From: Betaproteobacteria bacterium
GTDB taxonomy: Bacteria > Pseudomonadota > Gammaproteobacteria > Burkholderiales > SHXO01
Assembly: GCA_025356655.1 (NCBI GenBank)
Contig: JANXRW010000026.1
Location: 4,195 to 68,194 of the forward strand
Direction: 5' to 3'
Length of the DNA stretch: 64,000 nt
Under the pieces are notes generated by a model that searched no databases, was not told the DNA's origin, and saw nothing but the letters and a program-made list of their open reading frames with translations. Both the position numbers and the translations under genes were made by a program. Below, one piece after another: positions 26,454 to 35,644 of this stretch (position 1 is the first letter of the stretch; each line of letters starts with the position of its first letter).

Positions 26454-27218
26454 CTAGAACTTGAGCACTTGTCCATTGGACAGCATGCGCGGGCTGTATT
26501 GCTCCGCGCTCTCCTCTATTTCCGACATCGTGACAGCGCCTTCTCCCGGCTTGAGGTGCGTGACGAAAATCCGCGCCGGACGCCTGAGTTTCGCCAGCTC
26601 GGCAGTGAGTAGCGCCGGGCAGAGGTGCTTCGAAAGCGCGGCTAGCTGGGCCTCAGCGTTGCTGAAAGCCGTTTCAATGATGAGGTACTTCAGGTTCTCG
26701 ATCCCATTCACTTCCTCCCAGAGCGCATCATTGGAGGTCGTGTCCCCGGTAAACACCAGACTCGAGCGCCCACTGTCCAAGTGGTAGCCCACGGCGGGCA
26801 CCACGTGGTTCGCTGGGACCGATCGTATCACCCGGTCGCCCAGTGTAACCCGGCCGCCCAGTTCCATAGCGACCAAGCGAAGAAAGGGGGTCTCCGGCGA
26901 GGGGATCGCTCCGAAATCCGGCCAAATCTTCCAGTTGAAAATATGGTCCTTCAGGCACTGTATGGTCTCTGGCAGCGCGTATACGGTCAGCGGCCGATCC
27001 CGCATTCCGCCCACGGAATCCACCAGGAATGGGATGCAGGCGATATGGTCCAGATGGGAGTGGGTGACGAAGATATGGTCAATCTGGACCAATTCATCCA
27101 GGCTCAGATCCGCGACGCCGGTGCCCGCGTCGATGAGGACATCGTGATCAACCAGAAGCGCCGTGGTGCGGAGGTTGCCGCCGATGCCTCCACTGCAGCC
27201 GAGAACGCGAAGAAGCAT
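26454..27218 (-). CDS. MBL-fold class-II-like 3',5'-cyclic-nucleotide phosphodiesterase
   Basis: 'LRVLGCSGGIG' and 'THSHLDHIACIPFLVDS' are present. The HxHLDH core is as in CpdP-type enzymes, though the full class II signature matches only partly. Confidence 0.7.
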   Translation of the reverse strand: MLLRVLGCSGGIGGNLRTTALLVDHDVLIDAGTGVADLSLDELVQIDHIFVTHSHLDHIACIPFLVDSVGGMRDRPLTVYALPETIQCLKDHIFNWKIWPDFGAIPSPETPFLRLVAMELGGRVTLGDRVIRSVPANHVVPAVGYHLDSGRSSLVFTGDTTSNDALWEEVNGIENLKYLIIETAFSNAEAQLAALSKHLCPALLTAELAKLRRPARIFVTHLKPGEGAVTMSEIEESAEQYSPRMLSNGQVLKF

Positions 27219-27221
27219 GAA

Positions 27222-29435
27222 TCACTTCGACTCGAAGGTATACGCGCCGTCCCACCCGGGACCGGGCGGGATGCTGCGCAGGGCTGGCAGCCGATCCAGA
27301 AAGATCCGGTAAAGGGCTTCACCCGGATACAAGCGGGTGAGATTCATGAGTTGCAGTTCTGCCATATCCCACTCCTGCGCCCGGTACAGACGCAACGCCT
27401 TGTGCCACAGGCCCAGTTCCTCCTGGCGCGCCTTCGTGGCCACGTCAGGGGGGCCGAGGGGTTCAAAAATCGGTACGGCCTCCTGGCGGCCCTTCACGCG
27501 GACGAAGTCCAGTTCGCGGTACACCAGATCCGGCGCGGCCTTCCGCGTATTGTCTCCGACCACCATGCCGACGCCGTATTGCTTGGTGATCCCCTCGAGC
27601 CGGGACGCGAGGTTGACGGTGTCACCCATGACCGTATACGCCAGACGAACCTCCGAGCCCATGTTGCCCACGGTCATGCGTCCGGAATTAACCCCGACGC
27701 CGATGTGCAGCGCAGGCCAGCCGCGCGCCTTAAACTCCGGCTCCAGTTCACGCATCCGCGCCTGCATCTCCAAGCCGGTGAGCACGGCGTGGCGGGCGTG
27801 GTCCTGATCGGGTAGGGGCGCACCCCAGAAAGCCATAATACAGTCGCCCATGTATTTATCAATGGTCCCACGCTGGCGGTAGATAACCTGCGTGAGCGGG
27901 GTGAGAAAACCATTCATCAGCCGCGCCAGATCTTTCGGGTCCAGGGACTCCGAGATCGTCGTGAACCCCCGGACATCCGAAAAGAGCACCGACATTTCGC
28001 GGCTCTCGCCCTCGGTTGAGACGGAGTCCGGGTTCAGAGCCATTTCATCGACCAATTCAGGCGGAACATAACCCTTGAAGAGGCCCGTGATCTGTCGTTT
28101 TGCGCGCGACTCCACAAAAAATCCGTAGGACATGTTGAGCGCAAACAACCCAGAGACCATAAACATGCCCGACGCAAGCGGCAGCACCAGTCCACCCTTC
28201 TGCCAAATGATCAGGTTGACCGCGGGCACCCCGATCAGCATCACGCCCGCGAGCACGGTGGCCCGTAGAGGATTAAGCAAGGGGAAGGCCAGGGCCAGCG
28301 CAACCCCCGGCAAAAGAAGCAGGACGACCTCGGCGCCCAGCACATAGGGGGGGTTCTGATGGATGGTACCGTCGAGCATGCCGGAGATGAGGTTGGCATG
28401 GATCTCCACCCCGGGGTAGACGGAAGCTACTGGAGTGGCCCGGAGGTCCTGCAGGCCCGGGGCCGAGGTGCCTACCAGTACGATGCGATCCTTTAGATCC
28501 TGGGGCGGGACCTTGCCGTGGATCACGTCGGTGGCCGATATGTAGGGGAAACTGCCCTGCTTGCCACGGTAGGGCACCAACGCGGCCACGTCGGCGTCCA
28601 CCGGGATGCGACGGTCACCGAGGTCTAGCCACTCCAGCCCCGGGTAGTTTTTAGTCCAGCCAGGGGCATCCGTAAACCCGGGGCGCAGTTCCGGTGAGCC
28701 CTGCAGCAGTCGAACCATGGCAACGGACAGGGGCTCGTAGAACGCACCTTCATATTCTGCCAACATGGGTACCCGCCGCACAATGCCGTCCTCGTCGGGC
28801 AAGGGGGTGAAGTGGCCGGCGCTGGCCGCGGCGCTCTGGAGTTCCTCCAGGTTTGCGCCGTAGCCGGTGTAACGCGTGACCACGACGTTGCGGCCTTGGA
28901 ATATCCCCTTGGCGAGCGCGGGCTTGGGGAGCTGGCCCGCGCGCTGCGCGGCGTCTGCCGAAAAGTAATAGCCGAGGACGACGGGACGCGAGCGCAGGTG
29001 ATCGGCAAAGATTCGGTCGAACTGCAGCCGAGGCTCCAAGGCCTGGAGCGTCTGCTGGTAGCGCAGATCGTCCTTCAATTCGTTGCGGGCGAGTTCCTGC
29101 ATCACTCCCAGACCGGAACTCTCGTCGCGTTCCGCCCAGACCACGTCGAACCCCACTAGGGCTACGTGGTAGCGGTCGAAGAGTTGATCCATCATCGTGG
29201 CCATCCGGTCACGGCGCCACGGCCAGTGGCCTTCCGCGGCGAGGCTCTTCTCGTCGATGTCGACGATGACGATTCTGGGATCGACCGTGCCGGGGAGCGT
29301 CATCCGCAGCCGCAGGTCGTAGGCGAGGTGTTCGAACCGCGTCAGAAAGGCGAGGTCGAGATAACGCGCTGCATGCCCCAGGAAGACCGCGACGATCAGC
29401 AGCCCGAGCACGATCCGCACGGCTTGTTTTTTCAA
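27222..29435 (-). CDS. CHASE2 sensor - class III adenylate/guanylate cyclase
   Basis: N-terminal TM segment followed by a CHASE2-like periplasmic region ('VIVDIDEKSLAAEGHWPWRRD'). A TM cluster comes next. The cyclase domain shows 'VLFSDVRGFTTISE', 'IDKYMGDCIMAFWG' and 'YTVMGDTVNLASRLE'. Confidence 0.88.
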   Translation of the reverse strand: MKKQAVRIVLGLLIVAVFLGHAARYLDLAFLTRFEHLAYDLRLRMTLPGTVDPRIVIVDIDEKSLAAEGHWPWRRDRMATMMDQLFDRYHVALVGFDVVWAERDESSGLGVMQELARNELKDDLRYQQTLQALEPRLQFDRIFADHLRSRPVVLGYYFSADAAQRAGQLPKPALAKGIFQGRNVVVTRYTGYGANLEELQSAAASAGHFTPLPDEDGIVRRVPMLAEYEGAFYEPLSVAMVRLLQGSPELRPGFTDAPGWTKNYPGLEWLDLGDRRIPVDADVAALVPYRGKQGSFPYISATDVIHGKVPPQDLKDRIVLVGTSAPGLQDLRATPVASVYPGVEIHANLISGMLDGTIHQNPPYVLGAEVVLLLLPGVALALAFPLLNPLRATVLAGVMLIGVPAVNLIIWQKGGLVLPLASGMFMVSGLFALNMSYGFFVESRAKRQITGLFKGYVPPELVDEMALNPDSVSTEGESREMSVLFSDVRGFTTISESLDPKDLARLMNGFLTPLTQVIYRQRGTIDKYMGDCIMAFWGAPLPDQDHARHAVLTGLEMQARMRELEPEFKARGWPALHIGVGVNSGRMTVGNMGSEVRLAYTVMGDTVNLASRLEGITKQYGVGMVVGDNTRKAAPDLVYRELDFVRVKGRQEAVPIFEPLGPPDVATKARQEELGLWHKALRLYRAQEWDMAELQLMNLTRLYPGEALYRIFLDRLPALRSIPPGPGWDGAYTFESK

Positions 29436-29551
29436 GGGGCCCCTTTTACCGGCAGCACAGGCATCCCGCTAGGCCATGAGGCGCCCCGGTCGCCACCCAT
29501 GCTTGGGGCATAGCCCGCAGGGCCTAGACGCTGCGTAAACACGACCAAACT

Positions 29552-30400
29552 TCAGCCGACGGGCTTGAGATAGAACTCCATCTTCACGCCCGCCAACTCG
29601 ATCACGTCGTGATCGTGCAGGGCATGGGCCTGCCCGTCAAGCGGGTGGCCGTTGACCACCGGGTAGTTAGTGCCTTCCACGTGGGTGATGAAGTAGCCTT
29701 GGGGCCGTTTGGCTATCACGGCCACCTGTACACCCGGCTTGCCCAGGGTCGTGAGCGCCTTCACGAGAACCATTTCCTTGCCGGCGCTGGGGCCGGACAA
29801 GATCTGCACCGTTCCCTGGGCCTGGGCGGCTGCCGGGGCGGGCGTGGGGGCTGAGGCAGGTGCGGGAGGCAGGCCGCCGGCCTGGGGTTCGTGGACCGGT
29901 GCTCCGGAAGCCATGGCACGCGCGACCTCGGCGGGGGTTGGCCCGTTGGCGGGGGCGCTGAGATCCGGGTTGACGACCGTGTCCGTGAAGTGACGGACCA
30001 CGGGAGGCGCCGGAGCCGGAACCGGGGCTGCCGGGACCGCCTCGGGGCGGATGGTGTTCCGCCGCAGCACCATGGTCTTCTCGAAATCTGCCGGTGCGGG
30101 CTGGGCGGCGGAGACCTCCGAAACGTACTTGAGCTTGTATTTGCCCAGTTCGATAAGGTCGCTGTTCTGCAGGAAGTGGCGCTTGATCGCCTGGCCGTTG
30201 ACCAGAGTACCGTTGGTACTGCCAAGGTCCTCGAGAAAGGAATCGTTGAGAATGGTCATGATCATGGCGTGCTCGCCACTCACGGCTAGATTCTCGATCT
30301 GAATATCGTTGTGCGCCTTCCGGCCGATCGTGGTGCGTTCCTTGGTGAGGGGATACTCCCGGATCACCATGCCGTCGAGGCTCAATATCAACTTCGCCAT
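29552..30400 (-). CDS. double FHA-domain protein with Pro/Ala-rich linker
   Basis: The N-terminal FHA domain shows 'TIGRKAHNDIQIENLAVSGEHAMI...GSTNGTLVNG'. The linker is PAPAP-rich. The C-terminal FHA-like domain shows 'LTTLGKPGVQVAVI...YPVVNGHPL...HDHDVIELAGVKMEFY'. Confidence 0.8.
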   Translation of the reverse strand: MAKLILSLDGMVIREYPLTKERTTIGRKAHNDIQIENLAVSGEHAMIMTILNDSFLEDLGSTNGTLVNGQAIKRHFLQNSDLIELGKYKLKYVSEVSAAQPAPADFEKTMVLRRNTIRPEAVPAAPVPAPAPPVVRHFTDTVVNPDLSAPANGPTPAEVARAMASGAPVHEPQAGGLPPAPASAPTPAPAAAQAQGTVQILSGPSAGKEMVLVKALTTLGKPGVQVAVIAKRPQGYFITHVEGTNYPVVNGHPLDGQAHALHDHDVIELAGVKMEFYLKPVG

Positions 30401-30418
30401 AGCTCGATCCCCATTACT

Positions 30419-31243
30419 TTAGCTAAACCATGACCTAAGCAGGCTCAGGAACCCGTGGGAAGCAGCAAAATCCTTCCTGACGCGCACCAGTACGACTGAG
30501 ACGTTATCCCGCCCGCCGTTGTCGTTGGCCATCTGTATCAACTGCTCCGCCGCCAGCGCGAGGTTTGCCCGCAGCGTGACCAGAGTGAGTTGAATATCGT
30601 CATCCGGCACCATGTCATTGAGGCCGTCGGAACACAAAAGGAAAATATCTCCCTCCTGCGCGTCGTAGGTGTGGATTTCCGGCTCCACCTCCGGTTCGAT
30701 CCCTACCGCCCGGGTCACCAGGTTCTTGTTCTGGGACTTTCGCGCCATTTCGGGCGTGATCATCCCCGCATCGATTTGTTCCTGAAGCAGGGAATGGTCC
30801 CGCGTCACCTGCTCGAGCGTATCTCCACGGAGCCGATAGAGGCGCGAATCCCCGATGTGCGCCACGCTCAACCGGTTGTCGAACAGCAGGGCAACCACCA
30901 GGGTGGTCCCCATCCCCGCGTATTGGGCTTGGCTGTTCGACGTGTCGTAGATGGAGCGGTTAGCCCGCCCGACCACATCGCGCAGCACCTTGACGGCCCG
31001 CGGCTCGCCGGTATCCCGGTCCCGCTGGTGCATCGGACCCTCGCCGACGGCCTCACGCATGTCCTTGGTGATCAACGCCACGGCGATACCGCTGGCCACC
31101 TCGCCGGCGTTGTAGCCACCCATGCCGTCAGCCAGGACTGCAAGGCCGATGGTCGGGTCGACGGCGATGCTGTCCTCGTTGTGCGACCGGACCATCCCGG
31201 TGTGGGTGGCCGTCGCCATTTCCATTGACTTGGCTAGATCCAT
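30419..31243 (-). CDS. PP2C-family Ser/Thr protein phosphatase
   Basis: 'GMVRSHNEDS', 'VLADGMGGYNAGEVAS', 'LLCSDGLNDMV' and 'GGRDNVSVVLV' are present. Confidence 0.9.
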   Translation of the reverse strand: MDLAKSMEMATATHTGMVRSHNEDSIAVDPTIGLAVLADGMGGYNAGEVASGIAVALITKDMREAVGEGPMHQRDRDTGEPRAVKVLRDVVGRANRSIYDTSNSQAQYAGMGTTLVVALLFDNRLSVAHIGDSRLYRLRGDTLEQVTRDHSLLQEQIDAGMITPEMARKSQNKNLVTRAVGIEPEVEPEIHTYDAQEGDIFLLCSDGLNDMVPDDDIQLTLVTLRANLALAAEQLIQMANDNGGRDNVSVVLVRVRKDFAASHGFLSLLRSWFS

Positions 31244-31261
31244 TATGCGCAGGCCCCGCGG

Positions 31262-33805
31262 CTATAGGCTGACATCAAGTTCACCGTAGGAGGCGGCGCA
31301 CTCCCGGATGGCCTTGGCCATCTCCGCGCCGGTCTTGAACCGCTTCTCCTTGTCCTTGGCAAGTGACCTGTCGATGATGGCCGCAAGGCAATCGGGCAAG
31401 GTGGGATTCAGCGTGAGTATATCAATGGGCGTCTCGTTGGCGATCTTGTACATGAGTTGCGTCATGGACTCGCCCTGGAAAGGCAGGCTTCCGCTGGCCA
31501 TCTGATAGAGCATCACGCCCAGAGAGAACAGGTCAGACTGGCCGTCGATCTTCTTTCCCGCCAATTGCTCCGGGGACATGAAGGACGGCGTGCCCAGGAC
31601 CAGGCCGGTTTTGGTCTTGCTGGAGTCGGTGATGCGGGCGATACCGAAGTCCGTCACCTTGACGTTGTCCGCTCCGGTGTCGTACATGATGTTCGCGGGC
31701 TTGATGTCGCGATGGACGACGCTCTGCCCGTGGGCGTAGTCCAACGCGTCGGCAACGCGGGCGCAGATGCTCATCGCCTGCTGCAGGGGTAGTAGCGAGC
31801 CCACCTTGGTGAAGGGCACCAAGTCGCGGCCCTTCAAGAATTCCATGGCGATGTAGGCCAGGTCGTGCTCCTCGCCCGCGTCGTAGATGGTGACGATGTT
31901 CGGGTGGGTCAGCCGGCCGGCGGTCTCCGCCTCGCGGAAGAACCGCTCCTTCACGTCCTGCAGTTCGTCTGCGTCGAACTCCTGGGACAGTGCCATGGTT
32001 TTGATGGCGACCACCCGGCCAATCTTCGGATCCTTGCCAAGGTAGACGACGCCCATGGCGCCTTTGCCCAATTCCTTCTCCACCTGGTAGCGCCCCAGCA
32101 TGGGCTTTTCAACCTCGCCGCCGGTCGTGGTGAGCAGGCTCGCGTTGGTGCGAGTGCTCGCACCGCCCAGAATGACCGTCTCGGCCATGGCTTTGGCGCG
32201 GCTCAGCTTCTGCTCCAGATCGCGGAACTTCGGGTTGTACGTGGCCATGTAGTTGAACACGGCCTCAGCCTTGTTGAACTGGCGCTTACGCTCGAAGTCC
32301 AGGGCCAAGTTGTACATGTTGTCCATCAACTGGTCGTCGAGGGGGCACTTTTTGAATTTGTCGAAGGCCATGTCCAACTGACCCTGCCCCTGAAAGGCCA
32401 AGCCCAACATCCGATTGCTCTCAGCCGACTCAAGGTCGGATCGGACCTTGCCGCGCTCGGTCACCAGGAAGCGCTTGGTCGTCAGCGTGAGGTGACCCAG
32501 CACCAGCAGGACCACCGAAATCATGAGTTCGATCCAGAGCAGCTGGCTCACCATCAATAGGAAATGGGTCCCGACCAGCAGCACGAGGAGGCCGGCGGTG
32601 GCCATGGCGCCACGCCCCGCATCCAAGCGCGGGAGGAGCAGGATCACGTAGAGGGCGATCAGTAGGTAGGCCACCCAGGAAACCGCGCCCGCCCACCCCG
32701 GGGTCAAGAAAAAATGCTCCTGGAGGATGCTGGAGATCACGTGGGCCTGCACCAAAACCGCTGGCATGCTGGCACTGATCGGCGTCGGGAAGGAGTTGGC
32801 AATGCCCGACGCAGTCGGCCCCACCAAGACGATCTTGTCCCGATACTTCTCGAGAGGGATCTTTCCGCTGACCACGTCGAAGAAGGAATCGACCGTGAAA
32901 GCCGGCCTACCGTCGCGGTCCTTGTAGAAGTAGGTGTTCATGCGTAGTTGGGGATCGGTCTGGATGTTCAGCCGCCCCACGGACACGCGTTCACCGAGTT
33001 GTGCCTTGATGTCTGCCACGCCGAGGTTGAGGCTGCGCGCGGCAATCTGCAGGGACATGGCGGGGTAGAGCTCGCCGAAATACGCCAAGGCCAGGGGCTC
33101 CGTACGGAGCGCGCCGTCCGCGGGGTCCAACGCGGAGTTTAGGTGCCCGATCGCCGCGACCTTCTCGGCGATCTCAGCAACGATGCTCACGTCGACACTG
33201 CGCGCCTGGGTGGGAACCATGTCCTGGTTGCCCTTGGCGCCAATCACGTTCTTGCGCAAAAAACCGGGCAACTCCTTATCGGGGTTGCCCTGCGGATTTC
33301 CTAGCTGGAATAGCACGGGAAGTACCACATTGCCGGCCTTGCCGAAGCTCTCGGCCAGCCGATGGTCGGTGTTCAGCCGGTCCTCCGCCTCCTTGAGCAC
33401 GGCGTCAAACTGGGGCAATTGCTGGGGCCCGGCCTCACCGAGACCGGTGTAGAGCCCGCGCAGCTTTTGAATGTAGCCGAAGCCGGCGTCTACCTGGGGC
33501 TCGGAGAAGAAGACTTGGTAGGCGATGACTTTGGCCTGCGCCTGCGCAAGGCCGTCCACGAGTTTGGCGTGGATGTCCCGCGACCAGGGCCAGCGGCCCA
33601 TGTTGGCCAAGCTGTTGTCGTCGATGGCGATCACGGCCACCCGCTCGGAGGGGGGGCGACTCGAGGCGCGCACGCCAAGGTCATAGGCCTTGCGCTCGAG
33701 GCTCTGCACAAGGTCGCTCGCGCCCAACAGGAGTACGACCGCCGCAACGATCAGCCCGAGGAACCAGTCGGTCTTCCAGAAGCCCTTCGCCGTTACCCTT
33801 GCCAA
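31262..33805 (-). CDS. CHASE2 sensor - Hanks-type Ser/Thr protein kinase
   Basis: TTG start. The CHASE2-like region shows 'VIAIDDNSLANMGRWPWSRD'. A TM cluster and a TPR-like linker follow. The kinase domain has 'LGKGAMGVVY', 'VAIK', 'HRDIKPANIM', 'DFG' and 'PSFMSPEQ'. Confidence 0.88.
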   Translation of the reverse strand: MARVTAKGFWKTDWFLGLIVAAVVLLLGASDLVQSLERKAYDLGVRASSRPPSERVAVIAIDDNSLANMGRWPWSRDIHAKLVDGLAQAQAKVIAYQVFFSEPQVDAGFGYIQKLRGLYTGLGEAGPQQLPQFDAVLKEAEDRLNTDHRLAESFGKAGNVVLPVLFQLGNPQGNPDKELPGFLRKNVIGAKGNQDMVPTQARSVDVSIVAEIAEKVAAIGHLNSALDPADGALRTEPLALAYFGELYPAMSLQIAARSLNLGVADIKAQLGERVSVGRLNIQTDPQLRMNTYFYKDRDGRPAFTVDSFFDVVSGKIPLEKYRDKIVLVGPTASGIANSFPTPISASMPAVLVQAHVISSILQEHFFLTPGWAGAVSWVAYLLIALYVILLLPRLDAGRGAMATAGLLVLLVGTHFLLMVSQLLWIELMISVVLLVLGHLTLTTKRFLVTERGKVRSDLESAESNRMLGLAFQGQGQLDMAFDKFKKCPLDDQLMDNMYNLALDFERKRQFNKAEAVFNYMATYNPKFRDLEQKLSRAKAMAETVILGGASTRTNASLLTTTGGEVEKPMLGRYQVEKELGKGAMGVVYLGKDPKIGRVVAIKTMALSQEFDADELQDVKERFFREAETAGRLTHPNIVTIYDAGEEHDLAYIAMEFLKGRDLVPFTKVGSLLPLQQAMSICARVADALDYAHGQSVVHRDIKPANIMYDTGADNVKVTDFGIARITDSSKTKTGLVLGTPSFMSPEQLAGKKIDGQSDLFSLGVMLYQMASGSLPFQGESMTQLMYKIANETPIDILTLNPTLPDCLAAIIDRSLAKDKEKRFKTGAEMAKAIRECAASYGELDVSL

Positions 33806-33965
33806 CCTGATCTCCCAGCGGGTTTAAAGGGGGATTCCCTTGTTTTCTAGGTAGTTAACGGTTTACCCTGATCGATTGTACGACATTTACCTCTAAAGTC
33901 CATGTTTTTTTTGCGAAACCGTCATTTCCTGCGAACCAAGCCACGGCCAGGAAAGTCGGTGGGTC

Positions 33966-34253
33966 TCATGCGCCTTCTACCAACACAAGGCTCCCGCGCG
34001 AGGCCGCTTGGCGAAGCGCGCGGGCGCTGGCGTAGGCCGGTGAGTCGTAGAATGCTCTGGCTTGGTCCGTGCTGTGGAAGACCAACACGACGACGCGACT
34101 GGGCTGCCAATCACCCTCCAGCGACTGTGGGTTGCCGCCGCGAACAAGGAACCGCCCGCCGAAGCTAGCGAGGATGGGACCCACTTGATCGCGGTAGGTC
34201 GCGTAGGCGGCAGGATCGGTAACTTCCACGGTGGCAATAATGTACGCGCTCAT
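33966..34253 (-). CDS. DUF1330 domain protein
   Basis: The 95-aa product reads 'MSAYIIATVEVTDPAAYATYRDQVGPILASFGGRFLVRGG', which is typical of DUF1330. Confidence 0.75.
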   Translation of the reverse strand: MSAYIIATVEVTDPAAYATYRDQVGPILASFGGRFLVRGGNPQSLEGDWQPSRVVVLVFHSTDQARAFYDSPAYASARALRQAASRGSLVLVEGA

Positions 34254-34375
34254 GCGGGAGCCTCTGTTGTAGGGGGTTTAGGCGGCGTTCAGACAGCGCG
34301 CAGGCTCCGCCTCAGCGCCCATTGTCCACGTCTCGGGTTCGCCCGTCACCCCCCCACAGTGCCGGTGAAGGCCCG

Positions 34376-35572
34376 CTACCAGTGGCGCGGGAGCTTCTCT
34401 GCGTGGGCCAGCGTTTCCAAAGCCAGCGAAAAGCGCTCGTTGACCCCAGCCCAGTCCATCGGCTCGGCGGCCTGCCGGGCCGCGCGGCCCATCGCAGGTA
34501 GATCGCGCCCGCCGGTGCCCAAGTCCGCGGATTGCCGACAGAAGGCGTCGGCATCGTCCAGGGGCGCAAGCAGGCCCGCGGTGCCGTGCGCGATGTGCTC
34601 GCGCCCTGCCGCGTAGTCGTAGGCAACCACGGGGAGGCCGCTTGCCAACGCCTCGAGAATCACGTTGCCGAAGGTTTCCGTCGTGCTTGGGAACAGGAAC
34701 AGGTCAGCCGAAGCATAGTGGCGAGCCAGATCCACCCCTTGGCGCATGCCCGCGAAAACGACATCGGGGTTGCGCGACTGCAGGTCCCGGCGCAGCGGGC
34801 CGTCGCCCACCAGAACCAGCCGCGCGGACGGAGCGCGCTCGCGCAGGGCGGCGAAGGCCGCGAGCACCAGAGGCAAGTTCTTCTCGGGGGCCAGGCGGCC
34901 GACGAACAAGGCCACGGTCTCCTCCGCGCAAGCGCCCCATTCTCGGCGCAGGGCGGCATCACGGCGCTGCGGCGCAAACAATGTGGTGTCAACGCCTCGC
35001 GCAATCACCGCCAACTCGCCGAATCCACTGGCCGCGAGGAAGTCCGCCAACTCTCTCGTCGGCACGAAGGTGCACCGGGTATGCCGATGAAAAGCCTTCA
35101 GGTAGGCGCCCACCAGCCCGGCAAGAAGCCCGATGCCGTAGTGGGAGCTATAGCGGTCGAAACGCGTGTGGAAGTCTGAACTCACTGGGATGCGGAGGCG
35201 CCGGGCGACGCACAGGGCACCGGCCCCGAGCGGTCCCTCGGTCACTAGATGGACGATGTCCGGAGGACGCGCGAGCCAAAGTCGGCGCAGCCGCCCGATC
35301 GACGGCAATCCGAGCTTGAGTTCGGGGTAGCGCGGGATGGGCAAGCCGCCCACCAGCGCCTGGCGAAGGAGGCCGCGCGGAGCAGGCGTTGACTCTCCGG
35401 CTTGACGCGGACGCACGAGGTCGACCTCGTGACCCCGCGCGAGAAGGCCCTCCACCATGTGCGAGAGCGTCATGGCTACGCCGTTGACCTCCGGCGGATA
35501 GGTTTCGGTTACCACGGCGATGCGCAGACGGGGCCGCATCAGCCCCGGCGCCTGGGCGGCGGGCTCGATCAT
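34376..35572 (-). CDS. glycosyltransferase family 4 (GT-B fold)
   Basis: 'RIAVVTETYPPEVNGVA' lies at the N-terminus. The C-terminal motif is 'ETFGNVILEALASGLPVVA'. The start may be M12. Confidence 0.8.
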   Translation of the reverse strand: MIEPAAQAPGLMRPRLRIAVVTETYPPEVNGVAMTLSHMVEGLLARGHEVDLVRPRQAGESTPAPRGLLRQALVGGLPIPRYPELKLGLPSIGRLRRLWLARPPDIVHLVTEGPLGAGALCVARRLRIPVSSDFHTRFDRYSSHYGIGLLAGLVGAYLKAFHRHTRCTFVPTRELADFLAASGFGELAVIARGVDTTLFAPQRRDAALRREWGACAEETVALFVGRLAPEKNLPLVLAAFAALRERAPSARLVLVGDGPLRRDLQSRNPDVVFAGMRQGVDLARHYASADLFLFPSTTETFGNVILEALASGLPVVAYDYAAGREHIAHGTAGLLAPLDDADAFCRQSADLGTGGRDLPAMGRAARQAAEPMDWAGVNERFSLALETLAHAEKLPRHW

Positions 35573-35644
35573 GTAGGCGAAGCCTGCTGGCGCCGCGCTT
35601 CAGCCCGATGACGAAACGGTGACGCTTAGATTACGGGCATCAGC

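Noticed and set aside
33806-33965. T8 run at about 33905-33912 as an intrinsic terminator
   Set aside because: No stable hairpin precedes the T-run on the plus strand. On the minus strand, where the flanking genes lie, it reads as an A-run. It is more likely just an AT-rich promoter region for the CHASE2 kinase gene.
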